A stretch of 63,920 nt of DNA, filler included, from Octopus bimaculoides (Eukaryota): assembly GCF_001194135.2 (NCBI RefSeq). It is 8 parts of 7 records of this genome, joined end to end, with 100 filler letters (N's around TTAATTAATTAA, not from the genome) between each part and the next. Parts side by side here need not be neighbours in the genome. Positions count along the whole stretch, not along the records: positions 35,621 to 41,434 come from NC_068991.1; positions 41,535 to 55,600 come from NC_068995.1; 6 more parts are not named here. The stretch is one strand, 5' to 3'. The notes beneath the pieces were generated by a model. It made no database searches. It was not told the origin of the DNA and worked only from the letters and a program-made list of their open reading frames with translations. Shown piece after piece: positions 38,664 through 52,300 of the stretch. The translations under genes and the position numbers were made by a program. Numbering within the stretch: the stretch's first letter is position 1; each line of letters opens with the position of its first letter.

Positions 38664-39141
38664 ATAACAACAACAACAATAATTCTTTCTACCATAGGTA
38701 CAAAGTCTGAAATATTGGGGGAAGGGTTTGTCGATTACATCGACCACTGTATTCAACTGATGCTTATTTCATTGACACCGTAAGTGGCACCTTGGTTTTT
38801 AAAGCATACTAAAAGAAACAAGGATTACGAGTGAAGATTTGAAGGGCTTGAATGATGCACTTCTAGAAACATAGGTGTTTTATTCAATATCTTTAAACAA
38901 CCTATATTTAGAGACATTTTGAGCGGGATGTGCTACTCGATCTGAAGAGAATTCTATCTGGGCCCTACCTGCAATGTCATGCGCTGTTTATCTTCATATG
39001 GGATCACCATGTCGCGCACATATGGTTGTGATGCATGTGCCTGGTGTACTCTTATCAGACGGGTAGTCGTGATGGGTATACTGGGCTTCGTATATTTTTT
39101 CCCCAGTGTCACTTTGATGGCATGCACTATTCTCTCACTCA
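38290..39141 (+). mobile_element. Two fragments of an (AAT)n-tailed repeat (family E, probable LINE 3' UTR) at 38290-38570 and 38860-39141, with a SINE A fragment at 38683-38779 between them
   Basis: Shared cctggtgtac..gggtagtc.tgatgggtata..gtgtcacttt..ggcatgca..(AAT)n. A third copy lies at 59627-59970. Confidence 0.7.
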
Positions 39142-39164
39142 ATAATAATAATAATAATAATACA

Positions 39165-39335
39165 CGTTTCTAATATAAGTACGAGGCTAAATATTTAAAG
39201 AGAAGGAACAATCGATTCTATCAGCCTCAGCACCAGATTGATATTTAGTTTTTCGGACAGGAGCGTATGAAAAGCAAAGTTAACCATGGCGAGGTTTGAA
39301 CTCAGAACATAGAGAGCCAGAGCAAATACTGTAAT
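39165..39335 (-). mobile_element. SINE family A, diverged copy
   Basis: gtatgaaaagcaaagttaacc..gtttgaactcagaac. Confidence 0.7.
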
Positions 39336-40295
39336 CGTGAGCGTACACACACACACACACNNNNNNNNNNNNNNNNNNNNNNNNNNNNNNNNNNNNNNNN
39401 NNNNNNNNNNNNNNNNNNNNNNNNNNNNNNNNNNNNNNNNNNNNNNNNNNNNNNNNNNNNNNNNNNNNNNNNNNNNNNNNNNNNNNNNNNNNNNNNNNNN
39501 NNNNNNNNNNNNNNNNNNNNNNNNNNNNNNNNNNNNNNNNNNNNNNNNNNNNNNNNNNNNNNNNNNNNNNNNNNNNNNNNNNNNNNNNNNNNNNNNNNNN
39601 NNNNNNNNNNNNNNNNNNNNNNNNNNNNNNNNNNNNNNNNNNNNNNNNNNNNNNNNNNNNNNNNNNNNNNNNNNNNNNNNNNNNNNNNNNNNNNNNNNNN
39701 NNNNNNNNNNNNNNNNNNNNNNNNNNNNNNNNNNNNNNNNNNNNNNNNNNNNNNNNNNNNNNNNNNNNNNNNNNNNNNNNNNNNNNNNNNNNNNNNNNNN
39801 NNNNNNNNNNNNNNNNNNNNNNNNNNNNNNNNNNNNNNNNNNNNNNNNNNNNNNNNNNNNNNNNNNNNNNNNNNNNNNNNNNNNNNNNNNNNNNNNNNNN
39901 NNNNNNNNNNNNNNNNNNNNNNNNNNNNNNNNNNNNNNNNNNNNNNNNNNNNNNNNNNNNNNNNNNNNNNNNNNNNNNNNNNNNNNNNNNNNNNNNNNNN
40001 NNNNNNNNNNNNNNNNNNNNNNNNNNNNNNNNNNNNNNNNNNNNNNNNNNNNNNNNNNNNNNNNNNNNNNNNNNNNNNNNNNNNNNNNNNNNNNNNNNNN
40101 NNNNNNNNNNNNNNNNNNNNNNNNNNNNNNNNNNNNNNNNNNNNNNNNNNNNNNNNNNNNNNNNNNNNNNNNNNNNNNNNNNNNNNNNNNNNNNNNNNNN
40201 NNNNNNNNNNNNNNNNNNNNNNNNNNNNNNNNNNNNNNNNNNNNNNNNNNNNNNNNNNNNNNNNNNNNNNNNNNNNNNNNNNNNNNNNNNNNNNN

Positions 40296-40345
<50 letters not shown>

Positions 40346-40367
40346 CATACATACATACATACATACA

Positions 40368-40399
<32 letters not shown>

Positions 40400-40781
40400 G
40401 ACACATGCACAGATATGCAGAATCATAAGATTACATGCTTTCTATTATCTTTTTTTGTTATTTTCTTCTAATTCTCCTTCTTATTACTAATTTCTATTTT
40501 GTCTTCTACCCCTACCACCACCACCACCACCACCACCCAACAATATGGATATTGATGAGAGTGTGTCGGTATCTGTTTCTTGTGTCAGATCTCATTGATA
40601 ATATCAATGAGTTGAAGCACTAACACGTTTCTCAATGCTGATGACTAATTAACTGCGGCTCTGCTAAGAAAATCCAAAGCGAGGCGCATCCACTGATATA
40701 TTCGCTGTCAAACGGTCTTAATACACATATTAAATCAGAATCGCTATGTGTTTATCATCATCATCATCATCATATCACAGC

Positions 40782-40817
<36 letters not shown>

Positions 40818-40828
40818 CATTATCATCA

Positions 40829-40859
<31 letters not shown>

Positions 40860-41057
40860 TATTATTTATTTATTTATTTAATTAATTATTTTTGTAGCTA
40901 TCATTATCATCACAATCAACAACAGCTATTATTATCATTATTATCATTATTACGAATATTATTACTGTTTCTACTACTACTACTACTACTACTAATACTA
41001 CTACAACCACTTATCATTATCACCACCACCACCACCATTATTATTATTATTATTATT

Positions 41058-41116
<59 letters not shown>

Positions 41117-41376
41117 TATTATTATTATTATTATCATTGTTGTTGTGCTTTGGATTTGCAATAGATCAGAAATTAAGCGAAGAATATATTTCATTATATA
41201 TTCACACATTTGCCATCACAAAACAAGCCTTCATTACATGCACAATCACTCTCCATCGCACGCGCGTGCACAAGCGCATATTCAGTTGTTTTTATGAATG
41301 TATATTTATGTACGAGTATATCTGTATGCACATGTATATATATATATATATATATACGTACATAAATACACGTATT

Positions 41377-41407
<31 letters not shown>

Positions 41408-41534
41408 AAATGCATACATATTTATCTATATATANNNNNNNNNNNNNNNNNNNNNNNNNNNNNNNNNNNNNNNNNNNNTTAATTAATTAANNNNNNNNNN
41501 NNNNNNNNNNNNNNNNNNNNNNNNNNNNNNNNNN

Positions 41535-41969
41535 TATAAAATCAAAACCGCTGACAAATGGTATAAACACCATCCTGAAGCTGTGACTGAAGGAGAAAAT
41601 GTATCGATTCTCTGAGACTTCCCCGTACATACTGACAAGGCTATAAAAGCTAATAAACCGGATATCATCATAAAAGATCAGACAAAGAAGACGTGCTTAT
41701 TAATTGACATGAGTATTCCCTCTGATCATAATTTAGCGGCGAAAGAATTTGACAAGATCAGTAAATATAAAGACTTGCTAATAGAAATTGAAAAAATGTG
41801 GCACCTCAAGGCGACTACCATACCAGTTATTGTAGGATCTCTAGGAATGATAAAAAAAAGGTACTGAAACCTATTTGAAAATGATACCAGGCTTACCATC
41901 CCTACAGGAAGTGCAAAAATCGTGCTAACTGGAACGACTCATGTACTGAGAAGAGCATTATCGCTGTGA
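41535..41969 (+). mobile_element. R4/Dong-like RLE endonuclease 3' fragment
   Basis: KWYKHHPEAV..DFPVHTDKAIKANKPDIIIKD..CLLIDMSIP..KISKYKDL..PVIVGSLG. Confidence 0.9.
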
Positions 41970-42212
41970 AAACAACATCCATTCATGATTTTTTTTTTTT
42001 AAATACATGTTTTACCTGTGAATTTGCGTGTGTAAACTGGGATTGCATACAACGAGTTTGTCTGCCAACTACAATGGTAGTGGTGGTGATGGTGATAATT
42101 AAAAAAAAATGTTATAATGATAATATGCTGCAGCTGCTGATACTAAATATTACTAATACTACAATAATACTACAGCTACTACTATTATGATAGCACAGGA
42201 ATCTGAGGCCCA

Positions 42213-42270
42213 ACCACTACCCTTACCACTACCCTTACCACTACCCTTACCACTACCCTTACCACTACCC
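42213..42270. repeat. 12-bp tandem repeat (ACCACTACCCTT), about 4.8 copies
   Basis: Read directly from the sequence. Confidence 0.9.
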
Positions 42271-42370
42271 CTACCCCTGCTACTGTTGCTGTTGTTGCAA
42301 CCACTGCTACTACTACACATAAAAACAATAATACCAGTGATATCAGTGATGATGATAATAATAATAATAA

Positions 42371-42436
<66 letters not shown>

Positions 42437-42439
<3 letters not shown>

Positions 42440-45400
42440 AAGGAAACGGGTGGAGTCTCCTTATGGGCTCATAATGATGCATCTAGTGATAGTGTCACAA
42501 TAAAAACACTGGTAATTGCGCAACCTGATAATCGCTATCTCATATGAGTAACAATGAAAAAGCAAAATATGGTGGTAATGAAACTGAAGCCAATGATGGT
42601 GACAGTGCTACACCCGGTAGGCTCAGAGATTCTGGTCCGGCTCCAGCCTGTCGATATCCAGAAAGGGACCACCACACACGGCGTAGATGGAACACACAAA
42701 TTAGTGCTGTGGTCAGGGAGTGTTACTACCTGAGCAACCCGGTAGATGAAAATGGCGCTCAAATTAGGGGTTACCGACAATATATGTATGATCATTGGAG
42801 AGAAAAGGGATTGTTTCAACTCACGGAACAGAGACTATGTGATCGAGCTAGAGCAATAAGAAAAAATTGTTGGTTCACAGAAGTAGAGCTCGAAGCTATC
42901 AAAAGACGGGTCGTGGACAATAGCAGCATAGATATGAATGAAAATACAGTTCTTACTAATAAGAGTAATCTCATAGCACAGGAAAGGAGCAGTGGTAGCT
43001 TACTTGATGAGAGACATATAGATGATCTAAAAGAAGACAATAAAGCTAATAGCGACATGACATGAACAAAAGGCAATCTACGACAGAATAAATGTAAGAC
43101 TACAGTAGAACGATAGCGACATTATTTGCAACCTTAAAAAAGGTTGATCGATGGAAATTNNNNNNNNNNNNNNNNNNNNNNNNNNNNNNNNNNNNNNNNN
43201 NNNNNNNNNNNNNNNNNNNNNNNNNNNNNNNNNNNNNNNNNNNNNNNNNNNNNNNNNNNNGAAATACATCAGAACAAACAACATCACAGAAACAAATAAT
43301 TCGATCAAGGCAGCAAGTAGCAGAAAATGTGGGTGTCGATGTCAAGAAAAAGAAACATAATGGGAGTGACAAAAGAAAAGATCCATGGTGGAAAAGAAGA
43401 ATCCAGGTATGGTTAGACATGCTCTCGAAGGAAATCTCTGTGTTTGACCGAAAAGAGAAAGGGGAGCTTAAAAGCGAACAAAAATACAGGGCGCTGAAAA
43501 GGAAGTATAATATTGAAAGAAAGGGACTGAAAATAGTAGTGGAGGAACTGAAACAGCGCCTCGTTGCAAAGATGGTAAGATACGACCAAAGAATGAAGGG
43601 TTACCACCAGAATAGGTTATTCAGAATAGATCAGAAGAGATTCTATAAAGAAATAAATGGAGGATGTACAGATGAAAAGTTGATACCAGATAACATTGAA
43701 AGTCAAAGGTTTTGGAGTGACATCTGGTGCAAAGACAAGGAGCACAAGAAGGATGCTGATTGGTTGCAAGAACTGAAACAAACAGTAGTCTGTCCAAAAC
43801 ACAGTCATTTCAGTTAGGGAAGTGAAGGAAATCAGCAAAAAAATGAGCAACTGGAAGGCCCCGGCACCAGATGGAGTTCAAGGCTATTGGATCAAAAGAT
43901 TTGGTGAATGTCATGCACGAATAGCTGCGCAACTCAACACCTTGTTAAATGCCGACCAAGTAACACCAGAGTGGTTGACATTGGGTAGGACTGCTGCGCC
44001 TGAAAAACATCGAAAAAGGCAATACGGTAGACAATTACAGGCCGATATACTGTTTTCCACTTATGTAGAAGTTATTGACTGGAATACTCACAGAGTCCAT
44101 GTACGAACATCTAGAAAAAAATGGAGTCCTGCCACATTAGCAAAAGGGTTGCAAGCATAAGTGCAGAGGTACCAAGGATCAACTCCTGATAGATAAAGCT
44201 GTACTCAGAGACTGCAAGAAGGGGAAAAGTAACTTAGCCATATCATAGATCGACTATCGTAAGGTGTACGATATGATCCCGCATTCTTGGATTATGGAGT
44301 GTATGAACCTGTTTGGGATTGCATCGAATGTTGATTGCTTGGAAAAAGTAAGGCGAATTGGAGGACGGACCTGACAGCATACGGAAGGAATTTAGGGACA
44401 GTAGAAATTAGGAGGGGCATCTTCCAAGGGGACTGCCTGTCCCCACTGATCTTTGTACTGTGCTTGATACCACTGAGACTGATTCTGAGTAAAGCAAAAG
44501 CTGGGTATGTATTCAAAAACCGCCAACAAAAAGTTGACCACTTGTTATTCATGGATGACCTCAAACTTTATGGTAAAGATGACCCCAAGTCAGTTCCCTT
44601 GTTGGTACGGTGTATACCTTCAGTGCTGATATCAGAATGGAATTCGGACTGAGTAAGTGTGGTGTGTTAGTATTGAAGAGAGGCAAAATCAAATGTATGG
44701 ACGGACTAACGATACCGTCGCGGCAGGTTATGAAGCAGATACGAGAGACGGGCTATAAGTACTTAAGGATTCTGGAAATGGATAAATTAAAGGAGAAAGA
44801 AATGACAGGAAAATTTAAGGTGGAGTACTTACGCAGACTGAGACTGATCCTTAAGTCGAAATTAAACAGACGGAATAAGATCGAAGCTATCAACACCCGG
44901 GAGGTTTCACTCCTTAGATATGGAACAGGGGTAATCGCATGGACAGCAGACGAACTAAACAGCTTAGACAGAAAGACAAGGAATTTGCTAACTAGATATG
45001 GGTCACTCCACCCAAAAAGTGAAACAGACGGACTTGTATGTACCAAGAAAAAGAGGGGGAAGAGGACTTATTGGATGCGAACACAGCATTAGAGCAGAAG
45101 AAAACAACATAACATGGTATGTAAAAAATGTCACAGAACCGCTAATATTAGAAGTAGAGTGTCAGACTCATGTAGGATGAAAGATTGCAAAGATAAAGCA
45201 CTATATAAGAAATTGAAAACGAATGAAACTGAAAATAGGTGGATAAAGAAAAGAATGCATGGTCAATTTCATAGGGATGTTGAAGATAAGGCAGACAAAG
45301 AAAAAAGATGGCTGCGGATGACTAAAAGTGATTTAAAACCGGAAACGGAGGCTCTAATCTGTGATGCCCAAGAGCAAGCACTAAGATCAAACTACATAAA

Positions 45401-46085
45401 ATACAGAATAGACAACACATCAGAAAGTGATAAGTGCAGAATCTGTGGACAAAACGGTGAAACCGTATGGCATATTACCAGCCAATGTACGCCACTAGCC
45501 CAGAAGGAATATAAGAGACGCCACGACAATATAGCCAGGCTTGTCCATAGGACACTTTGCAACAAGTATGGACTTAACAGAGCAAAAAATAGGTACGACC
45601 ACAAACCTGAAGGCTTTTTCGAAAATAGAAATGCAAAAATCCTATGGGATTTTATGATTCAGTGTGACCATGAGATTGAGAACAGGAAGCCGGATATGAT
45701 CCAGCATAGTTTGTTTTCTTTCTCAATTAAAACTATGCTGGATCATAGACATAGCATGCCCAGCTGACAACAAGTTATGCGAAAAGGAAGAAAGAAAAGT
45801 CGAGAGACATGATAGGTTAGTATTTAAGCAGTTGTGGTCGATGACAAATGTAGCAGTAGTACTAATAATTGTCGGAACCCTGGGAACAGTGAGCAAAAAT
45901 CTCGAGAAGTACGTAGAACAAAGAAGGGCTGCAATAAGGGTGGAGCACTTGCAGAAAACAGCACTGCTTGGAACCGCTCGAATACTCCGGAAGGTGCTCG
46001 AAAAATAAGAGGTGTTACCTTAGTTCACTGGTAGTGAACAGCTGACACTGTAGTACATCTCCAGCGTTAGAATCTGTGCAAGGCA
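42437..46085 (+). mobile_element. Near full-length R4/Dong-clade non-LTR retrotransposon, inactivated by frameshifts
   Basis: N-terminal RRRW..ECYY..EQRLCDRARAIRKN; RT motifs KAPAPDG, GIFQGDCLSPL and HLLFMDDLKLY (about 44545); CRICG..ETVWHITSQC knuckle; RRHD; KPD..DIACP endonuclease; (AAT)n upstream and (AAC)n/(AAT)n downstream. Confidence 0.93.
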
Positions 46086-46428
46086 GCAACAACAAAATCA
46101 ACAACAACAACAACAACAATAATAATAATAATATTATTACACGAAGATATTTCACTACCTCCCCTCCCCAAGCTTTCAGTCATATTGTAACATCTCTTAT
46201 CCTTCCCAGGACGCCGGGTGTGTCTCGGAAAGTGACTGTAACAAAGATGTAGATTAAAAGTAATAATAATACTTTACGATGAAAGTAAACAAACAAAGTT
46301 TGTTCTTTTTTTTAGAAGCGTTGAGATATATTGTAAGAACAGAAATAAATTTATTTCTCAAACGCGTGATAATGCTATAAATAGTGATCAGGATAAATTA
46401 TCCAGTTATTCCAGAAAATTACGCTACT

Positions 46429-46500
46429 AGCCAGCCATGAGTCTCGAACTCACATCTCTGTGATTACGCGTCAAGTGTTTTACCATTAAACTAAACTGCC
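46429..46500 (-). pseudogene. tRNA-Thr(CGT)-like sequence (pseudogene or SINE head)
   Basis: GGCAGTTTAGTTTAATGGTAAAACACTTGACGCGTAATCACAGAGATGTGAGTTCGAGACTCATGGCTGGCT has a D-arm, a CG-CGT-AA loop and the T-arm GTGAG TTCGAGA CTCAT. The acceptor and anticodon stems are imperfect. Confidence 0.55.
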
Positions 46501-46814
46501 CAGCAACGAATCTTTCTGCAATTCTAGAACTTATAAATTTAGCTTCATAAGACGCTAACGTTAAATTCAACTTTACGATGAAAGTAAACAAACAAAGTAT
46601 GAGATGTATTGTAAGAACAGAAATAAATGACGCGTAATCACAGAGATGTGAGTTCGAGTCTCATGGCTGGCCAGTAGCGTATTTTTCTGCAATAAATGGA
46701 TAATTTATCCTGATCACGCTATTTATAGCCTTATTACGCGTTTGAGAAATAAATTTATTTCTGTTCTTACAATAATAATAATAATATACGATATAATACC
46801 ACATTCCTGGATAA

Positions 46815-47320
46815 TAAGAACAATAGAAATGTATGGAGTAGCAGAAAACATGTGAAGCCTAACATGGAACAGTATGAAATGTTGGAGAACGGAATTGAGA
46901 GTACAAGTATTAGGAGTATTAACAGAAGAATCATCCAGGGGGGACAGTGTGTCTCCACTGATCTTTGCGCTGGGAATGATCCCCTTGAATGAAATACTAC
47001 AAAAAACAAAATTAGGATATGATCTGGGAAGAGATAAGGGAAAACTGAACCATATGCTATTCATGGACGACTTGAAACGATTCACAAAAGCTGAAGCAAA
47101 ACTGAACAGCCTAGTCCAGTCTGTGCGGATTTTCTCGAATGATATTAACATGGAGGCTGAGCTCTCAAAATGTACTACGATGGTGATGAGACGATGAAAG
47201 CTTGTCAAGACAGAAGGTGTATGAATGCCAAGTGGTGAGATAATAAAAGCAATTCAACCTCAGTCCCGCTATAAATACCTGGGAATACTTGAAGCAGGTG
47301 GAATTAAACACAATATATGA
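46815..47320 (+). mobile_element. R4-like RT fragment
   Basis: RGDSVSPLIF..NHMLFMDDLKRF..LSKC..YKYLGILE. Confidence 0.88.
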
Positions 47321-47367
47321 AAGAAAAGACACTAGATAAATAGACAGATAGATAGATAGATAGATAG

Positions 47368-47418
<51 letters not shown>

Positions 47419-48479
47419 CAGAGACAGAGACAGACAGGCAGAGACAGACAGAGACAGAGACAGACAGAGACAGAGACAGACATAAAATATTACACACTGG
47501 CACACACATACGCGCGCACATAAACACAAAGTGCTTCCATATAGTTTCTGTCGGGCAATTCCTCTCCGGATGCAGTTGTTGGCCTGTGGCCATAGTAAAA
47601 GTCATTTACCCAAGGTCGCAGATGGACTTAATTTGAGACCACGTAGTTGCGATTATGTGTGTATGCATGTATGTGTGTGCGTGTAAATGTATAAATAAAT
47701 GTGTGTGTGTGTGTGTGTGTGTATGTGTGTGTGTGTGTGTGTGTGTATTTGTGTGTGTGATTATGTGGGCGCAGGTCTATTCAAGTATTTAATAGTTCGT
47801 TTCATAATCATGACATCTCGGGGTCGATTCTACTTCGTCAAATCTAATGTATCTCTAACTATAACTATGATATGGGTGTCGTTTCCTAGTACCGTGGCAC
47901 ATGCAAAAAGTAAAGACTCAGCTTAGATGTTCTCTTCCTCTCTCCAGATTGTAAACTTTGTTTAATTCTCAACAACACTCTTCAAATAATAATTAGTATT
48001 ACTTGTCAAAAAAAGCATCGCATCTTGTTATCTGCTTCACTTCCAACTTAAATCTCTAAAAGTTGGCTGAGAGAAATTCAAATTAAATATCAACTATAAA
48101 CCAGGGAGAGCCTGAAAAGTTCATGTGCACGAACGTCCTTTCTCTGATTTATTAATTACAATAAATTTCGCTTTACTATTTTTACTCCCTTTATATTCTG
48201 TAAATAGTTATTTATTTTTAAGGGAAACCGCTAATTTTCAAACAATGGGTTTAGTCGATTGAACTGAAGTCAGATTATTAAAAGTAGAAACAATATATTT
48301 GATAAGAGCGAGTGAGCTGAAAGATTATGATTTTGAAACGATAAAATACAAAGTTAATACCAGCGATATTTAAACTCTAAACGTAACTATATGAAATTAC
48401 AAAGCTTTTCCTAATTTGTCTATATACTAACTCGTTTATATACGCTCTTAACACTGAATTGTTTTATGATGTGAACGTT

Positions 48480-48900
48480 ACTCACATTATAAAAGAAAGG
48501 GATCAGACAGTGTGAACTTCTTAACAGACTTCAAAATTTAGACAACATTCAGAAAACTGTTCAATTCAAAATTGAAACTTACACCTTATGCCCCCCAACT
48601 TCACAGCGCTTCTTATAAAGTACTGTTGAGAAACTGGGTAGCTATCAACAATCTGTATGCTGAAGTTACCAATATGGCGAGATGCACATCAGCATACTTC
48701 ATTTTCAACTGCCTTGCCATGCTAAGTTTAATTCCTCCCATGAACCTAGACAAAACAAAAGCGTTCTTTTGTACCTTCCTTAGTGTCGCTTAAACTTAAT
48801 GTGGTAAGCATAGCAGTGTAGTTGCAAGTTTTTGGTGATCACGACCGTTTCCAATTTCTACTTAAAGTGAAGATGTTTTCACTTAACTGTCATTGATAAT
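48480..48900 (-). mobile_element. Possible hAT transposase C-terminal remnant
   Basis: Weak similarity only (YADV..VTSAYRLLIA) to the hAT dimerisation domain. Confidence 0.3.
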
Positions 48901-50342
48901 GATCATGGTAAATATCGAACTTCAGAACTTTTTATTTTTCCAGTTTAGAAAATTTTAGCATCAAGTTTTAAGGATTTACAAAATCTAGTTTAACACTTTA
49001 TACCACTACATGTAAATTTCACTTTGCCTTTCTCTGGGAAACAGTGCAGTGCCCTATCTCTTAGAAGTTTGTTCAAGGGACTATATTTCGTTTACTGCAT
49101 GCTAGGATCAATTATCTGAATCTGCGTAAATGTAAATAAGAATGTGGAATTCATCACAAAAAATAGTTGAATATTTTATTTTATTTATGCCAGGCATACC
49201 GAAATCTTTCAATACCAAAACAATCCCAGATAGAACTGAAACTTCTATGCAGAAGTATAACTCTAGATATACCTAAAATTTTCAAAACACTGCATATACT
49301 CAATATTTCAGTACCCTGTTTTATCAACATCTCAATATACGATATCCAGTCACATTTCAAAACATACATCAGCCATACGTTATCATATGCTTATGCATGT
49401 AATTCTGTATCTTTTCAATACTTTAACATGTCCTATATTCTCAAAACTACAGCTGTCCACTTATCACAAGTCGATGGGGAACTTTTATTAGTTTGCTCGA
49501 CCTACTGCCAAATTAGCCTCAAATCATACTACCTTAGAAGAAAACATTCTGTCAATATTCCATTTATATTCAATGTTACAGTTATACTCTGTCCTTTATC
49601 CATACCCTAACTTGTCGATATCAAAATTATACACTATTCCGCTAATCACGTACATATAACCTACCTCGCTAAAATCTGTCATTATCTCAAGCATATTTAT
49701 TCACTCAATGACCCCGACATGTCCTAATCTGAAAATACTCCAGATTTTTCTGTCTTGCTAACATCAAAAACCTAACTTATCATGTCGTATATACAGGCAT
49801 TCACAATTTTGTCAGCACAACAGTCATACCACGTCTTGTCAATAAAACAAATAACAATAACATCTTACTATTTGGCTTAGTTTACTGAATTAAAACAATT
49901 GAATGTCCTTTGTGTTGTTCATAAAATCACCTCCAATAATACTCTGAGGGTATTTTTTTTAGAAGATATATTTTATTGTGTGAGCAATTGAAAATCTTCT
50001 CAGACAAAAAGAAATGGATTTTAATGGAGTTTCTTTTCATACCGATTTTCACTTCTAACTTTAAAATACCTTTCTTCTCTTTCTATTATTGCCTCATTTT
50101 CACATCCTTAGCACATTTGCTTATTTGGCATTTCTGAAGAAATTTCACAAGTATTCCATGGTCTATCCAGGGAATTGTAGATGGTTATCCCAATTTCGTC
50201 TATACAAGTCAACGAAACTATTTTCTCTATTTCTCCCATCACTTATCAGTTTTTAATTCTTGACATTTATTTACTTACTGAAATCAGTATACGCACATAC
50301 TTATACACACGCACAGATTAGATCAGTCATGCATATATATAC

Positions 50343-50373
<31 letters not shown>

Positions 50374-50528
50374 TGTATGTATGTATGTATGTATGCATGT
50401 ATGTATGTATGTGTGCGTGTGTGTATGTATATATATATACATACATACAGACATATACACACACACATGCATATATACATATATACATACATACATACAC
50501 ATAATACATATATATATATATACATATC

Positions 50529-50661
50529 TTGCTTACCAACCACGTGGCTCTGGGTTCAGTCCCACTGCGTGGCATCTTGGGCAAGTGTCTTCTACTGTAG
50601 CCTCGAGCCGATCAAAGCCTTGTGAGTGGGTTTGGTAGACGGAAATTGAAAGAAGCCCGTC

Positions 50662-50693
<32 letters not shown>

Positions 50694-50720
50694 CTGTCTG
50701 NNNNNNNNNNGAAGCCCGTC

Positions 50721-50752
<32 letters not shown>

Positions 50753-50965
50753 CTGTCTGTCTGTCTTTCTGTATTTGTCCCGCCCTCCATCGCTTGACAA
50801 CCGATGCTGGTGTATTTACGTCACCGTAGCATAGCGGTTCGGCGAAAGAAACCGATAGAATAAGTACTAGGCTTACGAAGAATAAGTCCCGGGGTCGATT
50901 TGTTCGACTAAAGGCGGTGCTCCAGCATGGCCGCAGTCAAATGACTGAAACAAATAAAAGTATAA
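50529..50965 (+). mobile_element. SINE family D, near full length, CpG-retaining
   Basis: gggttcagtcccactgcgtggcatcttgggcaagtgtcttctact..gtagacggaaattgaaagaagcccgtcg-(TG)n-ttgacaaccgatgctgg..ccagcatggccgcagtcaaatgactgaaacaa. Confidence 0.9.
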
Positions 50966-50982
50966 AAGAAAAGTATATACTC

Positions 50983-51030
<48 letters not shown>

Positions 51031-51117
51031 TGACATATACACATTTTCTTTCTGTGTGCCGCCTGAAATTACATACATGGGTACAATCACACACACACAC
51101 ATACGCCCTCGAACACG

Positions 51118-51159
<42 letters not shown>

Positions 51160-51766
51160 CACATTTACTCGTTCACACCGAAACATATTCATAGATGCAC
51201 TACTGGTCATACACACACCACTATCTTTTCTCGTTTTCTATCAATCAGTTACACGCCCCCCCCCCTTTCACTGTCCTGGGTCATCACCATCCCTTATTTT
51301 CCTCTTCCCTCTTCCGCCATTTCTATATTTCCCGCTTCCTTCCGTCCTCCTCGCCTTTCTTCACGTTTTCTTCTACTTTTCTTACTTTATTTCCTCTCTT
51401 TTCTTTTTCTTTTACTTTTTGTTTGCTCCCCTCCATGTATCACCTTCCCTTCTCTTTTACCTACTTAACTGCCGTGACAGTATTTCTCATCTTCATCTAC
51501 TCCGCCTACTACCCTTGCCCTTTTGTCTCTTGTCTCAGCCTTCCTTCCCCCTTTCTCTACAGAGACAGTAACAGACAGATAGACAGAAAAAGAAAGAAAG
51601 AGAAAGCAACTGTGCAAAAAGACATTTCATTGGATCCGTATGTTATAAAACCCGCAAATACGTTGGTGTTATTGATTTCTTTCTTTTTAATGTTTAAAGG
51701 GGACGTTCCATTATTTCAAGAAATATAACAAGCATGATAATAACAACAACAGCAACAACAACAATA

Positions 51767-51827
<61 letters not shown>

Positions 51828-52235
51828 CGACGACGACGATGACGACGACGATGATGATGATGATAAAAATCTGTATTTCTCAAACCCTAAAAATATAAAG
51901 ATAATAAAAAATAATCTGACCTTAGTGCCGAGAGTTTAATTATTAGAATACCGAAATACTATTGGTATCACGTGAAGTTCTTTCACCAAATCATCCAGTA
52001 ACGTTTCTTTTTTCCCCCTTTCTTTTTTTTTTTCGTCATGCCGTTAAAGCATCGGATGGAATCCTTACCTAACTTTCACACAGAAATTAATGAGCAGTTT
52101 TTAAATTTTTAGTCTTCCATTAGGCTACATCAGCCATTTCAGTGATCTTTAATGTATATTTTTGTTATTATTTTTTTCATTTTCTTCTTCAAGATTCACT
52201 TTATATATTTCTTTTTTCACACATATAGACACACG

Positions 52236-52300
<65 letters not shown>

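Noticed and set aside
39195-40428. Long ORFs through N runs (also 19958-20750, 33037-33585, 60466-60877)
   Set aside because: Ns contain no stop codons, so the ORF length is an artefact.
40746-41297. 183-aa ORF of poly-Y/L/I and similar low-complexity ORFs (1826, 38489, 42159, 51056, 52152)
   Set aside because: These are translations of microsatellites or CT-rich tracts.
42213-42270. 12-bp repeat as a telomere variant or GSGK coding repeat
   Set aside because: It is a short tract inside a microsatellite mosaic, with no supporting context.
49167-49610. 147-aa ORF
   Set aside because: AT-rich composition with no recognisable domain.
50645-50760. Tandem duplication either side of a 10-N gap (also 58319-58428)
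   Set aside because: Near-identical sequence flanking a minimal gap is the signature of unmerged contig overlap.
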